Of a DNA stretch of 64,000 bases, positions 1 to 8,758 are shown piece by piece (the stretch's first letter is position 1; each line of letters starts with the position of its first letter). Source of the stretch: Candidatus Latescibacterota bacterium (GTDB taxonomy: Bacteria > Latescibacterota > UBA2968); contig OZ242195.1 of the NCBI GenBank assembly GCA_965205975.1, positions 1,776,643 through 1,840,642 on the forward strand, read 5' to 3'. Made by a program: the position numbers and the translations under genes. The notes under the pieces are model-generated. The model was not told where the DNA came from. It worked only from the letters and a program-made list of their open reading frames with translations, and did not search any database.

Positions 1-1
1 T

Positions 2-97
2 CAAGACTGCCGCGCCTACATTCGCTACAAACAGGATGTAGTGCTGCCGGACAAATGGCACATGATTGACACGCGCATGGAATGCGAATGGCGGTAA
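2..97 (+). CDS. 3' end of an ORF entering from upstream of the window (last 31 codons), product unknown
   Basis: Frame 2 is open from the window edge to TAA at 95-97 (QDCRAYIRYKQDVVLPDKWHMIDTRMECEWR*). Same strand and 34 nt upstream of the next gene. No family recognised. Confidence 0.3.
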   Translation, partial: QDCRAYIRYKQDVVLPDKWHMIDTRMECEWR

Positions 98-131
98 GAT
101 ACGCCTTCACCTCTCAACAAGGAGTTAAGCC

Positions 132-719
132 ATGAAACTCATCACCTATGCAGCAATCGCCCTGATCGGCCTCACAACCGGATGCGCTGGTCCCAGAGCC
201 TTTACAAAAGGGACGTATGAAGATCCCAAAACCATTGCCTTGCTCGACGACCGCTTTAATGAAAACGACATGCAACTCATCGCCAAAAAAGTCGTCAACT
301 CAATCCTCGAAGCACCGTTGAACAGGCCCGACCCCGCCATCATGCTCGGCAAAATGCGCAATCGCACCACCGAACACATCGATATGGTGGCCCTCTCTGA
401 CAAAATCAAAACCGCATTGATCCAGAGCGGCAAAGTACGCTTTGTCGATGTCACCAACCGCAAAGACATCGCCACAGAATACGAATATCAACAATCGGGC
501 TACGTCGATCCCGCACAGGCCAAAGCACCGGGCAAACAGACCGGATCAGACCTGATCCTCACGGGCACACTCAGCGCGAACGTGCAGGAAGTGGGCAAAG
601 ACAAACTCATCTACTACAAAGCCACCTTCCAACTGACGGACCTGGTCTCATCAGAAATTATATGGACAGACGAGAAAGAAATCCGCAAAGCCTACAAAAA
701 GCGCAGCATCGGATTGTAA
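132..719 (+). CDS. lipoprotein, LpoB-like (penicillin-binding-protein activator family, tentative)
   Basis: ATG preceded by AAGGAG at 119-124. Signal peptide with lipobox LTTGC. Overall pattern (MLGKMRNRT...IDMVALSDKIKTALIQSGKVRFVD...DLILTGTL...IIWTDEKEI) resembles LpoB/YcfM-type lipoproteins. Confidence 0.55.
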   Translation: MKLITYAAIALIGLTTGCAGPRAFTKGTYEDPKTIALLDDRFNENDMQLIAKKVVNSILEAPLNRPDPAIMLGKMRNRTTEHIDMVALSDKIKTALIQSGKVRFVDVTNRKDIATEYEYQQSGYVDPAQAKAPGKQTGSDLILTGTLSANVQEVGKDKLIYYKATFQLTDLVSSEIIWTDEKEIRKAYKKRSIGL

Positions 720-833
720 TTGCGCTGAAAGCCTGGGATTATTAGGTTGAGCATAAAAAAATTAAAGGTTGGGCGGTTGGGTATTCTGCACATCCTTCCA
801 TCCTTTAATCCTGATCAAGAAAGGAGCAAAACC

Positions 834-1379
834 ATGAAACACCTGTTCTACACACTCGCAATCGCTCTGCTTTTGGGGAGCAGTGCCAGCGCGCAAACTG
901 GCCGCACTGATGGGGCGGAAGAAAGCGAATTTGGCAAAGGGGGATACCCGTTTGGTGGCCCGAGTCATCGCGTCTATCTCAACACCGCCTTTGGCTCCGG
1001 ATTTTTTGATCTGACGGACGTCAACAAAACGCGCACGGGTTTTCTCTACGGGATTGATCTCGGCGTCGAAATGGACCAGTGGCTCGGCATTCAGGCGAGC
1101 TATAATTATCTTTCCGACCGCGACATGTCCATCTTCAGCCTCGGCTCGCGTTTTGCCTACGCCTTTGACCCCTTTGTGTACCACGTCTCGCTCAACGCCG
1201 GGCTATATGCGCCCAATGAGGGCAGTCGCAACTTTGGTCTGGCCCCCGGTGCTGGTATAGACATCGTCCTCCACAAAAGGGTGCGTATCGGACTCGACTA
1301 CAAACACGACTTTATCTTTACCGACAACCGCACCACCGACATGGACCGGATTTACGCGGGTCTCAAATTCTTCTTTTAA
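834..1379 (+). CDS. outer-membrane beta-barrel protein (OmpA-like/porin-family barrel)
   Basis: Internal ATG at 834 with AAGGAG at 821-826. Signal peptide MKHLFYTLAIALLLGSSASAQ, alternating amphipathic strands, and a C-terminal aromatic beta-signal (YAGLKFFF). The track ORF start at 747 has no signal peptide. Confidence 0.6.
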   Translation: MKHLFYTLAIALLLGSSASAQTGRTDGAEESEFGKGGYPFGGPSHRVYLNTAFGSGFFDLTDVNKTRTGFLYGIDLGVEMDQWLGIQASYNYLSDRDMSIFSLGSRFAYAFDPFVYHVSLNAGLYAPNEGSRNFGLAPGAGIDIVLHKRVRIGLDYKHDFIFTDNRTTDMDRIYAGLKFFF

Positions 1380-1381
1380 TG

Positions 1382-1419
1382 AAAAAACAAGAGGCGAGGG
1401 ACTGTTTGGCCCTCGCCTC
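1382..1419. terminator. bidirectional hairpin terminator between convergent genes
   Basis: 10-bp GC-rich stem GAGGCGAGGG (1391-1400) / CCCTCGCCTC (1410-1419). An A-run on the plus strand upstream gives a T-run after the hairpin on the minus strand. Lies between the stops at 1379 (+) and 1443 (-). Confidence 0.5.
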
Positions 1420-1442
1420 TCTCCGTCTTAGCCACATACCAC

Positions 1443-2465
1443 CTATCCAAACACCTCACTCGCGACAAAAGCCATACCCAGTGCAGCGGCAGAATCGCCG
1501 CCGCGCGCCCATTCGAATTGCGTTGAGACAGCCTGAGAATCAAACGGATTTTCGAGATAGATCGGCCATGACCCATCCTGAAATCCTTCGATTATCCACG
1601 CCATATACCGATCGCGAAAAGACGCTTCTGAAAGTCCCCCACCGATCACCACAAGCCCCGGATCGAATAACCGCACCCAATTCGCTATCGCATAACCCAG
1701 AATAAATGCCTGCTCCTTAAAAAGCGACACCGCGAGTGGATCGTCATTCTCCGCATAATCGCGGAGTTGATACGCCTTTTCCTCAATCGACGCGTCAGAA
1801 GCATTCAGCGCGTGATCTTTCCATTTATCCCCTGCTAATTCAATCCCGAGCCTGCGTCGCAATGCCATAAGCGATACCCAAGCCTCCGCACACCCTGTAA
1901 GCCCGCACGAACAATCTGGTAACTCCCCATCCACCTCCCGAAACGGAACCGAAGCATGCCCCACTTCCAGCGCGAGGCCATTTGCCCCCTCGTAAATCTG
2001 CCCACCGGACAAAACCAATCCACCGCCCAGACCCGTTCCAGGCGCAACGAGCAAAAGGCCTGCATCGGAATCCGGACGCGCCGCGTATTCACCAGCCGCC
2101 GCTGCATTGCCATCATTTGTCATATATACAGACACACCCACACGCGTAGAAAACTCGCCGCGAATATTCGTCCCCACCCAATCCGCACCCAGATTGGCCT
2201 GCACCCGAATCACCCCACTGCTACTCGGCGCGGGAACATCCAGCCCAATACCCGCGATATCCGATTGACGCCTCCCTGCGCGACCCGTCAATAACTTCAG
2301 TGCTTCCTCAAGCTGTACAAACGTAGCCTCATACCCATCTTTGACGCGACTGGGCACTTCCACCATATCGCCCAATAAATTGCCAGAAGCATCGACGAGA
2401 ATGGATTTTACACTCGTCCCCCCAATATCCAAACCCGCAAAACAGCGCGTATCGCTCTCTCTCAT
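1443..2465 (-). CDS. ROK family sugar kinase/regulator-type protein (glucokinase-like)
   Basis: N-terminal DIGGTSVK ATPase motif. ROK signature APGTGLGGGLVLSGGQIYEGANGLALEVGH. Zinc motif CSCGLTGCAEAW. Confidence 0.8.
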   Translation of the reverse strand: MRESDTRCFAGLDIGGTSVKSILVDASGNLLGDMVEVPSRVKDGYEATFVQLEEALKLLTGRAGRRQSDIAGIGLDVPAPSSSGVIRVQANLGADWVGTNIRGEFSTRVGVSVYMTNDGNAAAAGEYAARPDSDAGLLLVAPGTGLGGGLVLSGGQIYEGANGLALEVGHASVPFREVDGELPDCSCGLTGCAEAWVSLMALRRRLGIELAGDKWKDHALNASDASIEEKAYQLRDYAENDDPLAVSLFKEQAFILGYAIANWVRLFDPGLVVIGGGLSEASFRDRYMAWIIEGFQDGSWPIYLENPFDSQAVSTQFEWARGGDSAAALGMAFVASEVFG

Positions 2466-2475
2466 AATCCCATTC

Positions 2476-3654
2476 CTATCTTCGGGTAATCACAAATAAC
2501 TGGCGCGTCCCATCTCGGGAAATCGATGGAAAAAGCACCTGATCACTCGTGCGATTCCAGCAAGGCGCGGGATCGCTCCTCAAATCCCCCGATATCCACT
2601 TCCCCTGATCGTATCGCTCAGTTCGCGCCCATACCCCATCAGCCATGCGATACATCACATAAACCGTTCCACACTTTGGTCCCGAACCATTGATGATCCA
2701 CTTTCCGTCTGGAGAAAACGCATTGTCTCCGCCAGGCTCTGGAAAAACGGACTGATCCCCCAGCGTCCGTACAATTTTCTGCTCATCGGTATCGTACACC
2801 ACCAGATCATCGGCATTGTGACCGAGAATCTCATGCCCTTCCAACCACTCGGGATGACCGCCAATAAAAACCTTCTGTATGGTCAGATCGCTACCATCGG
2901 GATTCACGGTAAAAGGCACATTGAGCCGCGCTTCGCGCTTATTGAACTTGCCTCGCGCATAAAAATAAATCCGATCATCATCCCGGTTCCAAAGCGTATG
3001 ATTGATAAACATCTCCTTGCTCTCAACTTCCGGGTGGTAATCCCGCAACGCATCTCCCAATTGGGCAAAAGATGCAATCAGCTCTTTTTCGCCCGTATTC
3101 ACATCAACCTTAAAAATCCCATCGTCCTCGGGATGTGCAACCCCTTCGGTCCAGTCCGCCGCGCCGAGATACCCAGTCACCAACCGCAGACGCGCCATGC
3201 GCGCGTAATTTAATCCCAGAAAATAGCCGCCATTTTGCGCTACGCCGCTGTTGCCAAACGGCGTATCCTCATAGCGATATTCGCGGATCCTTTTACCTCT
3301 GGAAATATCGAACAAAACCGTAAAAACTTTCTGCGTCTCCAGATCGCGATCATTAAAGAAAAACTGCGTCTCCGGCAATTCGGGATTCCAATAAAACATC
3401 GTGCCCTGCTGAGGATTCCATCCCTGCGATTGATCAACCACCTGGATCGCATGCTCATTCTCAGTATCGATCAAAATCACATCTGCCGCCTCGCCAGGCC
3501 CGGGCATATGATCCTGAAAATCATTCCGCAATGCGACGATATAGCGACCGCTCTGGTTCCAGGGAATGGTCTGCGATTGACCGATATACCCAAAAAAGTG
3601 ATGTTTGGGACCATACGTGATCTGCTCAACTTCAAGCTTAAATGAATCCAGCAA
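2476..3654 (-). CDS. beta-propeller protein (TolB / oligogalacturonate-lyase-like fold, function unknown)
   Basis: Long ORF with repeated propeller-like blades (FSPDGKWII, WNRDDDRIYFY, WNRTSDQVLF). I place the start at TTG 3654-3652 because it has AGGAG 6 nt upstream (3665-3661) and lies just after the upstream gene's stop. The track ATG at 3777 would overlap the upstream gene by 97 nt. Confidence 0.6.
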   Translation of the reverse strand: MLDSFKLEVEQITYGPKHHFFGYIGQSQTIPWNQSGRYIVALRNDFQDHMPGPGEAADVILIDTENEHAIQVVDQSQGWNPQQGTMFYWNPELPETQFFFNDRDLETQKVFTVLFDISRGKRIREYRYEDTPFGNSGVAQNGGYFLGLNYARMARLRLVTGYLGAADWTEGVAHPEDDGIFKVDVNTGEKELIASFAQLGDALRDYHPEVESKEMFINHTLWNRDDDRIYFYARGKFNKREARLNVPFTVNPDGSDLTIQKVFIGGHPEWLEGHEILGHNADDLVVYDTDEQKIVRTLGDQSVFPEPGGDNAFSPDGKWIINGSGPKCGTVYVMYRMADGVWARTERYDQGKWISGDLRSDPAPCWNRTSDQVLFPSISRDGTRQLFVITRR

Positions 3655-3680
3655 TTTATTCTCCTCGTGTATTTTACGGA

Positions 3681-5306
3681 CTAAATTCCTATCGCATATC
3701 CATCGCGCCTCGGATCTGCGCCGCCCATCAGCGCGCCGGATTCTGTATCCACCACAATACCCTGCGCACCCCCGCAAACAGGTGAATAATCGGGCAACAC
3801 TTTCACATCGTGCCCACGCGCTTTCAGCGCGCGCCGAACAGACTTCGACATCCGCCTTTCAATGGACACCTGCGTACCCGCAGTTTCAATACGGAACCGG
3901 GGTGCTTCAATCGCCGCCTGTATATTCATACCGTAATCCAGCACATTGGTCAAAAATTGCACCGATGTTTGTTGAATCCCCCAGCTTCCCGGCGTACCCA
4001 ACGCAGAAAAAAGTGCGCCATCTCGAAACACCAGCATCGGCGACAGGCACATATCCACTTTTTTGTAGGGCGCAATACAATTTGGGCTATTGGGCACAAG
4101 ATCGCCCCATCGAATAAAATTGTTCAAAAACATACCCGTATCACCCATCATCACTCCGGACCCAAAACCCGACCCCAAACTCTGGGTTATAGCCACGGCA
4201 TTGCCATCGCCATCAACCACATCGAAATGTGTCGTGCATTCATTCAGCCATGCCTTTGGATCGCCCGGTTCAATCTCACCCGGCAACTTCGTCGCCGGAT
4301 ACCACTCGCCCCGATGCACGCCCGCGCGATTCCCAATCAGCTTTCGGCGTTCTTCCGCATAGCCCTTCGCCAGCAATCCTTCAACAGGAGCCTGCGGGGC
4401 TGCGGCGTATTCTATCCGATCCGCATTGCCCAACTTCACAGCTTCGATGAACAGATGTAATGCCTGCTCCGAGTGGTGTTCCATCTCCGCCAGATCGTAT
4501 CCCTCCAGCATATTGAGCGTCTCGAGAATCTGAAATCCCGCACTCGGTGGCGGCGGACAAAACACCTCATAACCTCGATAAGTCGTCGCTATCGGATCAA
4601 CCCATTCCGGTTCAAAATCCGCCAGATCGCGCTCGGACAACCAGCCGCCTTCTCCCTGGATATATTCCGCCATTTCGCGCGCGAGATCGCCGCGATAAAA
4701 AACCTCTGCTCCTCCTTCAGCAACCCGCCGAAACGTTCGCGCCAGATCCTTTTGAATTAAAATCTCCCCCGGCAGAGGTCCGCGCCCACGCGACAAAATA
4801 ACCCGCTCCCCCCTGTCGTTCAACCGCCCTCCACTACTCATCGACTGACTATTCCTCACCGTCACAGCATACCCGTTCTCCGCCAGATCAATCGCAGGCC
4901 CAAATACTTGTGCTGGCGCCATCGTGCCATAGCGTTCCAACAATTCCAACCAGCCACCACAAGCACCCGGCGTCAAGCACGAACGCGGCCCAGCATCTTT
5001 ATCCGCCGATCCATCGAACAACTCGGCACGCGCTTGATACGGCGTTCGCCCGCAATAATCCAGCACGCGCCTGTGGTCATTTTTTGCATCATACACAATC
5101 GCATACCCCACCCCCGCAATACCAGACATATAGGGTTCTACAACATTGAGCGCAGCGGCAACCGCAACCGCAGCATCAAACGCATTACCCCCTTCGAGCA
5201 ACATCCGCGCGCCGGATAGTGCAGCCAGCGGATGTGCGCACGCCACCATACCACGCGTACCCGTAACCGTTGGTCTATGTGTCACACCATGTGCTGAAAA
5301 AGCCAT
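3681..5306 (-). CDS. ggt: gamma-glutamyltransferase family protein
   Basis: 541-aa ORF with typical GGT blocks: GGNAFDAAVA, the autoprocessing/nucleophile region ECTTHFDVVDGDGNAVAITQSLGSGFGSG, and a C-terminal GGADPRRDGYA. Confidence 0.85.
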   Translation of the reverse strand: MAFSAHGVTHRPTVTGTRGMVACAHPLAALSGARMLLEGGNAFDAAVAVAAALNVVEPYMSGIAGVGYAIVYDAKNDHRRVLDYCGRTPYQARAELFDGSADKDAGPRSCLTPGACGGWLELLERYGTMAPAQVFGPAIDLAENGYAVTVRNSQSMSSGGRLNDRGERVILSRGRGPLPGEILIQKDLARTFRRVAEGGAEVFYRGDLAREMAEYIQGEGGWLSERDLADFEPEWVDPIATTYRGYEVFCPPPPSAGFQILETLNMLEGYDLAEMEHHSEQALHLFIEAVKLGNADRIEYAAAPQAPVEGLLAKGYAEERRKLIGNRAGVHRGEWYPATKLPGEIEPGDPKAWLNECTTHFDVVDGDGNAVAITQSLGSGFGSGVMMGDTGMFLNNFIRWGDLVPNSPNCIAPYKKVDMCLSPMLVFRDGALFSALGTPGSWGIQQTSVQFLTNVLDYGMNIQAAIEAPRFRIETAGTQVSIERRMSKSVRRALKARGHDVKVLPDYSPVCGGAQGIVVDTESGALMGGADPRRDGYAIGI

Positions 5307-5496
5307 AACACTGCTCCTGATAGTTTGATTTCACGCCACAATAGGCCGAATTGAGATCGGTATAATCTACGTCCGAGAAAAAAAATTGGCAACCGTAGAG
5401 TCATAGCGATTATTGTTGCAGAATCTATTGCTCCATTTGTCACACCAACGTATATTTCCCCATCCGCTATCACATTCATCCATTTCTGACTCAAAT

Positions 5497-6624
5497 ATGG
5501 AAAGAAACCTTATGGACCCTATACAACTCACGCGCGAATTTGTATCCTTCAACTCAACCAGCTATTTGAGCAACGTCGATTGCTCAAATGCCATGGCAGA
5601 AAGAATGCGCAAAGCTGGCCTCGCGGTTGAACGCATTCCCTACACAGACCCAAACGGCGTTCCCAAACTGAACCTCGTCGGCAAAAAAGGAAATGGCACC
5701 GGTGGCCTCGCCCTGATGGGACACAACGACGTCGTACCCGCCGAAGGTTGGGCCTGGGACCCCTTTGAAGTCGTCGAAAAGGGATCCCGCATCTACGGAC
5801 GCGGCGTAGCCGACATGAAAGGTTCGGTCGCCTGCATGATCGCCACGGCAAGCCGTTTCTCCATCGACGAACTCACACAACCTATCTACGTAGTCGTCAC
5901 CGGAGATGAAGAAATCAACTGCGGAGGCGCCGATGTCATCGCCCAAAAATCCGAAGTATTAAAAGAATCCAACGTGCGCTACGGCATTATTGGCGAACCG
6001 ACCCTGCTCGACGTGGTACACGCCCACAAAGGCTCGGTCAAAATCAGCGTCACAGCCACGGGAAAAGCCACGCACAGCAGCATGGGAACAGGCATCAACG
6101 CCAATCACAAACTCATCCCCTTCCTCAACGACATGCTCGCCATAGACCGCGAACTCCAAACCGACGAAAAATACCTCAACAACGCCTTCACCCCCCCACA
6201 CGCCACCCTCAACACCGTCATACATGGGGGTGAACAAGCATCGAACATCACCACGCCAGAAAGCGGGGCAACCCTCAACATGCGCCCCATGCCGGGACAG
6301 GATTTCGCGCCCTTGCTCGACAAAATCAGAACACTGGCCGAAGAATGCGGAGTCCACGTCGATATCTACGACGGCCTCGCCCCACTCCACACCCCCATAG
6401 AATCTCGCATCGTGCAAGAAGCCCTATCCGTCACAAACAAGGGTGAGCCCAAAACCGTAGCTTATGGCACCGACGGCATGATCTTTGGCAAAACCATGGA
6501 ACTCGTCGTACTCGGTCCCGGCAATATTCAACAGGCGCACACCATTGACGAATGGATCGAAATCGAACAACTCCATCAAGCTGTGGATACCTTCTCAGAA
6601 ATGGTACGGCGGTTTTGTAGTTAG
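5497..6624 (+). CDS. M20 family metallopeptidase (ArgE/DapE-type deacylase)
   Basis: Motifs LALMGHNDVVP, GRGVADMKGS and IIGEPT. Start placed at the internal ATG 5497 (MERNLMDPIQ) because the preceding 28 track codons look non-coding. ATG 5512 is an alternative. Confidence 0.8.
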   Translation: MERNLMDPIQLTREFVSFNSTSYLSNVDCSNAMAERMRKAGLAVERIPYTDPNGVPKLNLVGKKGNGTGGLALMGHNDVVPAEGWAWDPFEVVEKGSRIYGRGVADMKGSVACMIATASRFSIDELTQPIYVVVTGDEEINCGGADVIAQKSEVLKESNVRYGIIGEPTLLDVVHAHKGSVKISVTATGKATHSSMGTGINANHKLIPFLNDMLAIDRELQTDEKYLNNAFTPPHATLNTVIHGGEQASNITTPESGATLNMRPMPGQDFAPLLDKIRTLAEECGVHVDIYDGLAPLHTPIESRIVQEALSVTNKGEPKTVAYGTDGMIFGKTMELVVLGPGNIQQAHTIDEWIEIEQLHQAVDTFSEMVRRFCS

Positions 6625-6769
6625 CGTTCAGCAGTCAGCCATCCAGTACCAAGACGCAAACTTGGATTCATAAATAAACAGCGATTATGATTTTGTACCA
6701 TATCAGACGGCAAGTACACTCTCATGAAAATTCTAACGACAGCCTAGAAATCAATATGGAGACGAAAAC

Positions 6770-7330
6770 ATGGCCATACCAGATCCGACGACGGTTCGCG
6801 AACAGATCGCTTGGTCATACGCGAACCTTGCAAGGGCTCACGCGGCACTTGAACATGGTGTCACTAAATACAAGGTGGTCCATCACGTCATTCGGAACAG
6901 GACGTACCATGGATTGCTGTCTGGGAAGATAGCTATGCGTTCTCTATACGACGATGAACGCCTGAAGATGACGATGCCACAAGCATGTTACTACTGCCGT
7001 CACAGGGACAACCTGACGGTTGATCATCTCGTTCCTCTAGTGCGTGGAGGTCCAGACGAAGCGGACAACCTGATCTGGGCGTGCCGCTCGTGCAATAGCT
7101 CCAAGCATGGACGAGATATGCTGGTTTGGGCAAAGTCAAATGGATTTTTCCCCTCAATATTGTTATTGCGACGTTATATCAAGATCGTTGCTCGTTATTG
7201 TGAAGAGATGGGTCATATGGATACCAACCTCGAAAATTTCAATCAAGTGAACGCCCCGTTCGATGTGCGTTTGTTGCCGACGAAGTTCCCGCCATTGGCC
7301 GAATTGAAGTTGTGGGTCAAGCCGAAATAG
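6770..7330 (+). CDS. HNH endonuclease
   Basis: CYYCRHRDNLTVDHLVPLVRGGPDEADNLIWACRSCNSSKHGRD is a classic HNH/zinc-finger core. GGAGA lies 7 nt upstream of the ATG. Confidence 0.8.
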   Translation: MAIPDPTTVREQIAWSYANLARAHAALEHGVTKYKVVHHVIRNRTYHGLLSGKIAMRSLYDDERLKMTMPQACYYCRHRDNLTVDHLVPLVRGGPDEADNLIWACRSCNSSKHGRDMLVWAKSNGFFPSILLLRRYIKIVARYCEEMGHMDTNLENFNQVNAPFDVRLLPTKFPPLAELKLWVKPK

Positions 7331-7474
7331 CAAGAACTCGACAATTTGACTGCATTCCCATTGCCCTCATTAGATCAGATTCGCCTTAAGCCACTCAACT
7401 ACAGGCCCTCTATATTGACGACAGCTACTCGCTGAATTAGACTTTGACACATCCCCACAGAGATGACGAAAGTA

Positions 7475-7489
7475 ATGTGTGACTTCAAA
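7475..7489 (+). repeat. solo copy of the IS982-like terminal inverted repeat core
   Basis: ATGTGTGACTTCAAA is identical to 15 nt of the left IR of the IS at 37697-37716. No transposase sequence is adjacent. Confidence 0.4.
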
Positions 7490-7501
7490 TCTATCCCATA
7501 C

Positions 7502-7537
7502 AAAAACAGCCCCGTGACCTTTCAATCATGGGGCTGT
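7502..7537 (-). terminator. rho-independent terminator after the coiled-coil gene
   Basis: Stem CAGCCCC (7507-7513) / GGGGCTG (7530-7536). On the minus strand it is followed by TTTTT. It lies 29 nt downstream of the stop at 7566. Confidence 0.55.
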
Positions 7538-7565
7538 TTGAATGTGCTATCCGAAAAAGCGTTTT

Positions 7566-7829
7566 TCATTCCAATTTGAACAAAATAAGCGTTCCAAGTG
7601 TCAGCAATGTTGTGACTTGAATCCCCACAAGCCAACAGAACAGTGTAAGCATCCGATTTGACAAGCCATCAATCCGAGTCGTCACACTATCAACCCGGTT
7701 CGACAAATCACGGTGGGATTGCTCAAGGCCAGTCAAGCGCGTTGCGACTTGCTCAATAATCCCCTCAATGCGAGATAACCGAGCATCTATTTCCGCCAGC
7801 TTGCTGTCAACAGGTGTTGGAATCTGCAT
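7566..7829 (-). CDS. small tail-anchored coiled-coil protein, paralog 1 (87 aa)
   Basis: Start at the internal ATG 7829 with GGAG 8 nt upstream. Sequence is MQIPTPVDSKLAEIDARLSRIEG... with heptad periodicity and a C-terminal TM segment (LTLFCWLVGIQVTTLLTLGTLILF). About 85% nt identity by eye to 8449-8733. Confidence 0.6.
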   Translation of the reverse strand: MQIPTPVDSKLAEIDARLSRIEGIIEQVATRLTGLEQSHRDLSNRVDSVTTRIDGLSNRMLTLFCWLVGIQVTTLLTLGTLILFKLE

Positions 7830-7869
7830 TATGATTCTCCAAATCAAGGTTGTAGTAGTGTATCTCTTA

Positions 7870-8124
7870 CTAAAGCCCAAAGTGGCGAGCATACCGGGAT
7901 CCAATACGTCTTGTCCACATTTGTGCATCTAATCTGCGGGCAAGAAGCCGGTCAGATGCAGCCAGTTCATCTCGATCAACCTCATATTCTCCCATCTCGA
8001 TGTCGATAACCACGAATTTACCCTCATCGGCAGGTTCAATATGAGGCCTTATGTCTCGGTCATAAATCTCATCGCCGAGTCGCGCGAATTCCTCTTTGCT
8101 ATACCGTGGTTTTGATATGGACAT
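7870..8124 (-). CDS. conserved hypothetical protein (84 aa)
   Basis: ATG 8124 with GGAGG 8 nt upstream. MSISKPRYSKEEFARLGDEIYDRDIRPHIEP...FVVIDIEMGEYEVD resembles a small family seen in many bacteria. No function is known to me. Confidence 0.5.
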   Translation of the reverse strand: MSISKPRYSKEEFARLGDEIYDRDIRPHIEPADEGKFVVIDIEMGEYEVDRDELAASDRLLARRLDAQMWTRRIGSRYARHFGL

Positions 8125-8158
8125 ATCATTCCTCCTCACGCCTGTCCTATCATTCCCA

Positions 8159-8425
8159 TTACCCACCCGCAATCGACGTTACAAAATGAACCTCGCTATC
8201 GGGGGGTATCTGTGTCCGCAACCCTTCTTCGGTGACAACGCCATCAATCGCAACAGCCAGTCCAGGTGCAATCCGATAATCCTCGTACACCACCCGATCT
8301 TTAATACCGGGAAATTGTGCATCCAGATTTTCGATCACCTCACGCAAGGTATTACCACCAACAACCACCTTCTCCTGGCCATCGGTCAATTTGCGCATCA
8401 GCGAGGGAATCCACACTTCAGGCAT
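8159..8425 (-). CDS. MoaD/ThiS family ubiquitin-like sulfur-carrier protein
   Basis: 88-aa product ending in the diagnostic C-terminal Gly-Gly (SIAGG*) on a beta-grasp-like sequence. ATG 8425 has AGGAG 7 nt upstream. Confidence 0.7.
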   Translation of the reverse strand: MPEVWIPSLMRKLTDGQEKVVVGGNTLREVIENLDAQFPGIKDRVVYEDYRIAPGLAVAIDGVVTEEGLRTQIPPDSEVHFVTSIAGG

Positions 8426-8448
8426 GTCAACACTCCTATTTCTCTCGC

Positions 8449-8733
8449 CTATTCGAGTTTGAACAAAATGAGCGTGCCAAGTGTCAGCAATGTTGTGACC
8501 TGAATCCCTACAAGCCAACAGAAAAATGTGAGCATCCGATTTGACAAGCCATCAATCCTGGTCGTCATACTATCAACCCGAGTCGTCATACTATCAACGC
8601 GATTCGACAAATCACGCTGACCTTGATCCAGGCCGGTCAAGCGCGTATTCATTTGCTCCGTTATGCCTTCAACGCGAGATAACCGGGCGTCTATTTCCGC
8701 CAGCTTGCTATCAACAGGTGTTGGAATCTGCAT
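8449..8733 (-). CDS. small tail-anchored coiled-coil protein, paralog 2 (94 aa)
   Basis: ATG 8733 with AGGAG upstream. Same architecture as 7566-7829, but with an in-frame 21-nt tandem duplication (8561-8581 / 8582-8602) that adds one heptad (RVDSMTT RVDSMTT). Confidence 0.6.
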   Translation of the reverse strand: MQIPTPVDSKLAEIDARLSRVEGITEQMNTRLTGLDQGQRDLSNRVDSMTTRVDSMTTRIDGLSNRMLTFFCWLVGIQVTTLLTLGTLILFKLE

Positions 8734-8758
8734 TGTAATTCTCCTGTTTATCAGCGGA

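Noticed and set aside
3655-3777. ATG 3777 as the start of the beta-propeller gene
   Set aside because: It would overlap the last 97 nt of the GGT gene and add an Arg/Gly/Cys-rich segment. TTG 3654 has a proper AGGAG RBS immediately after the GGT stop.
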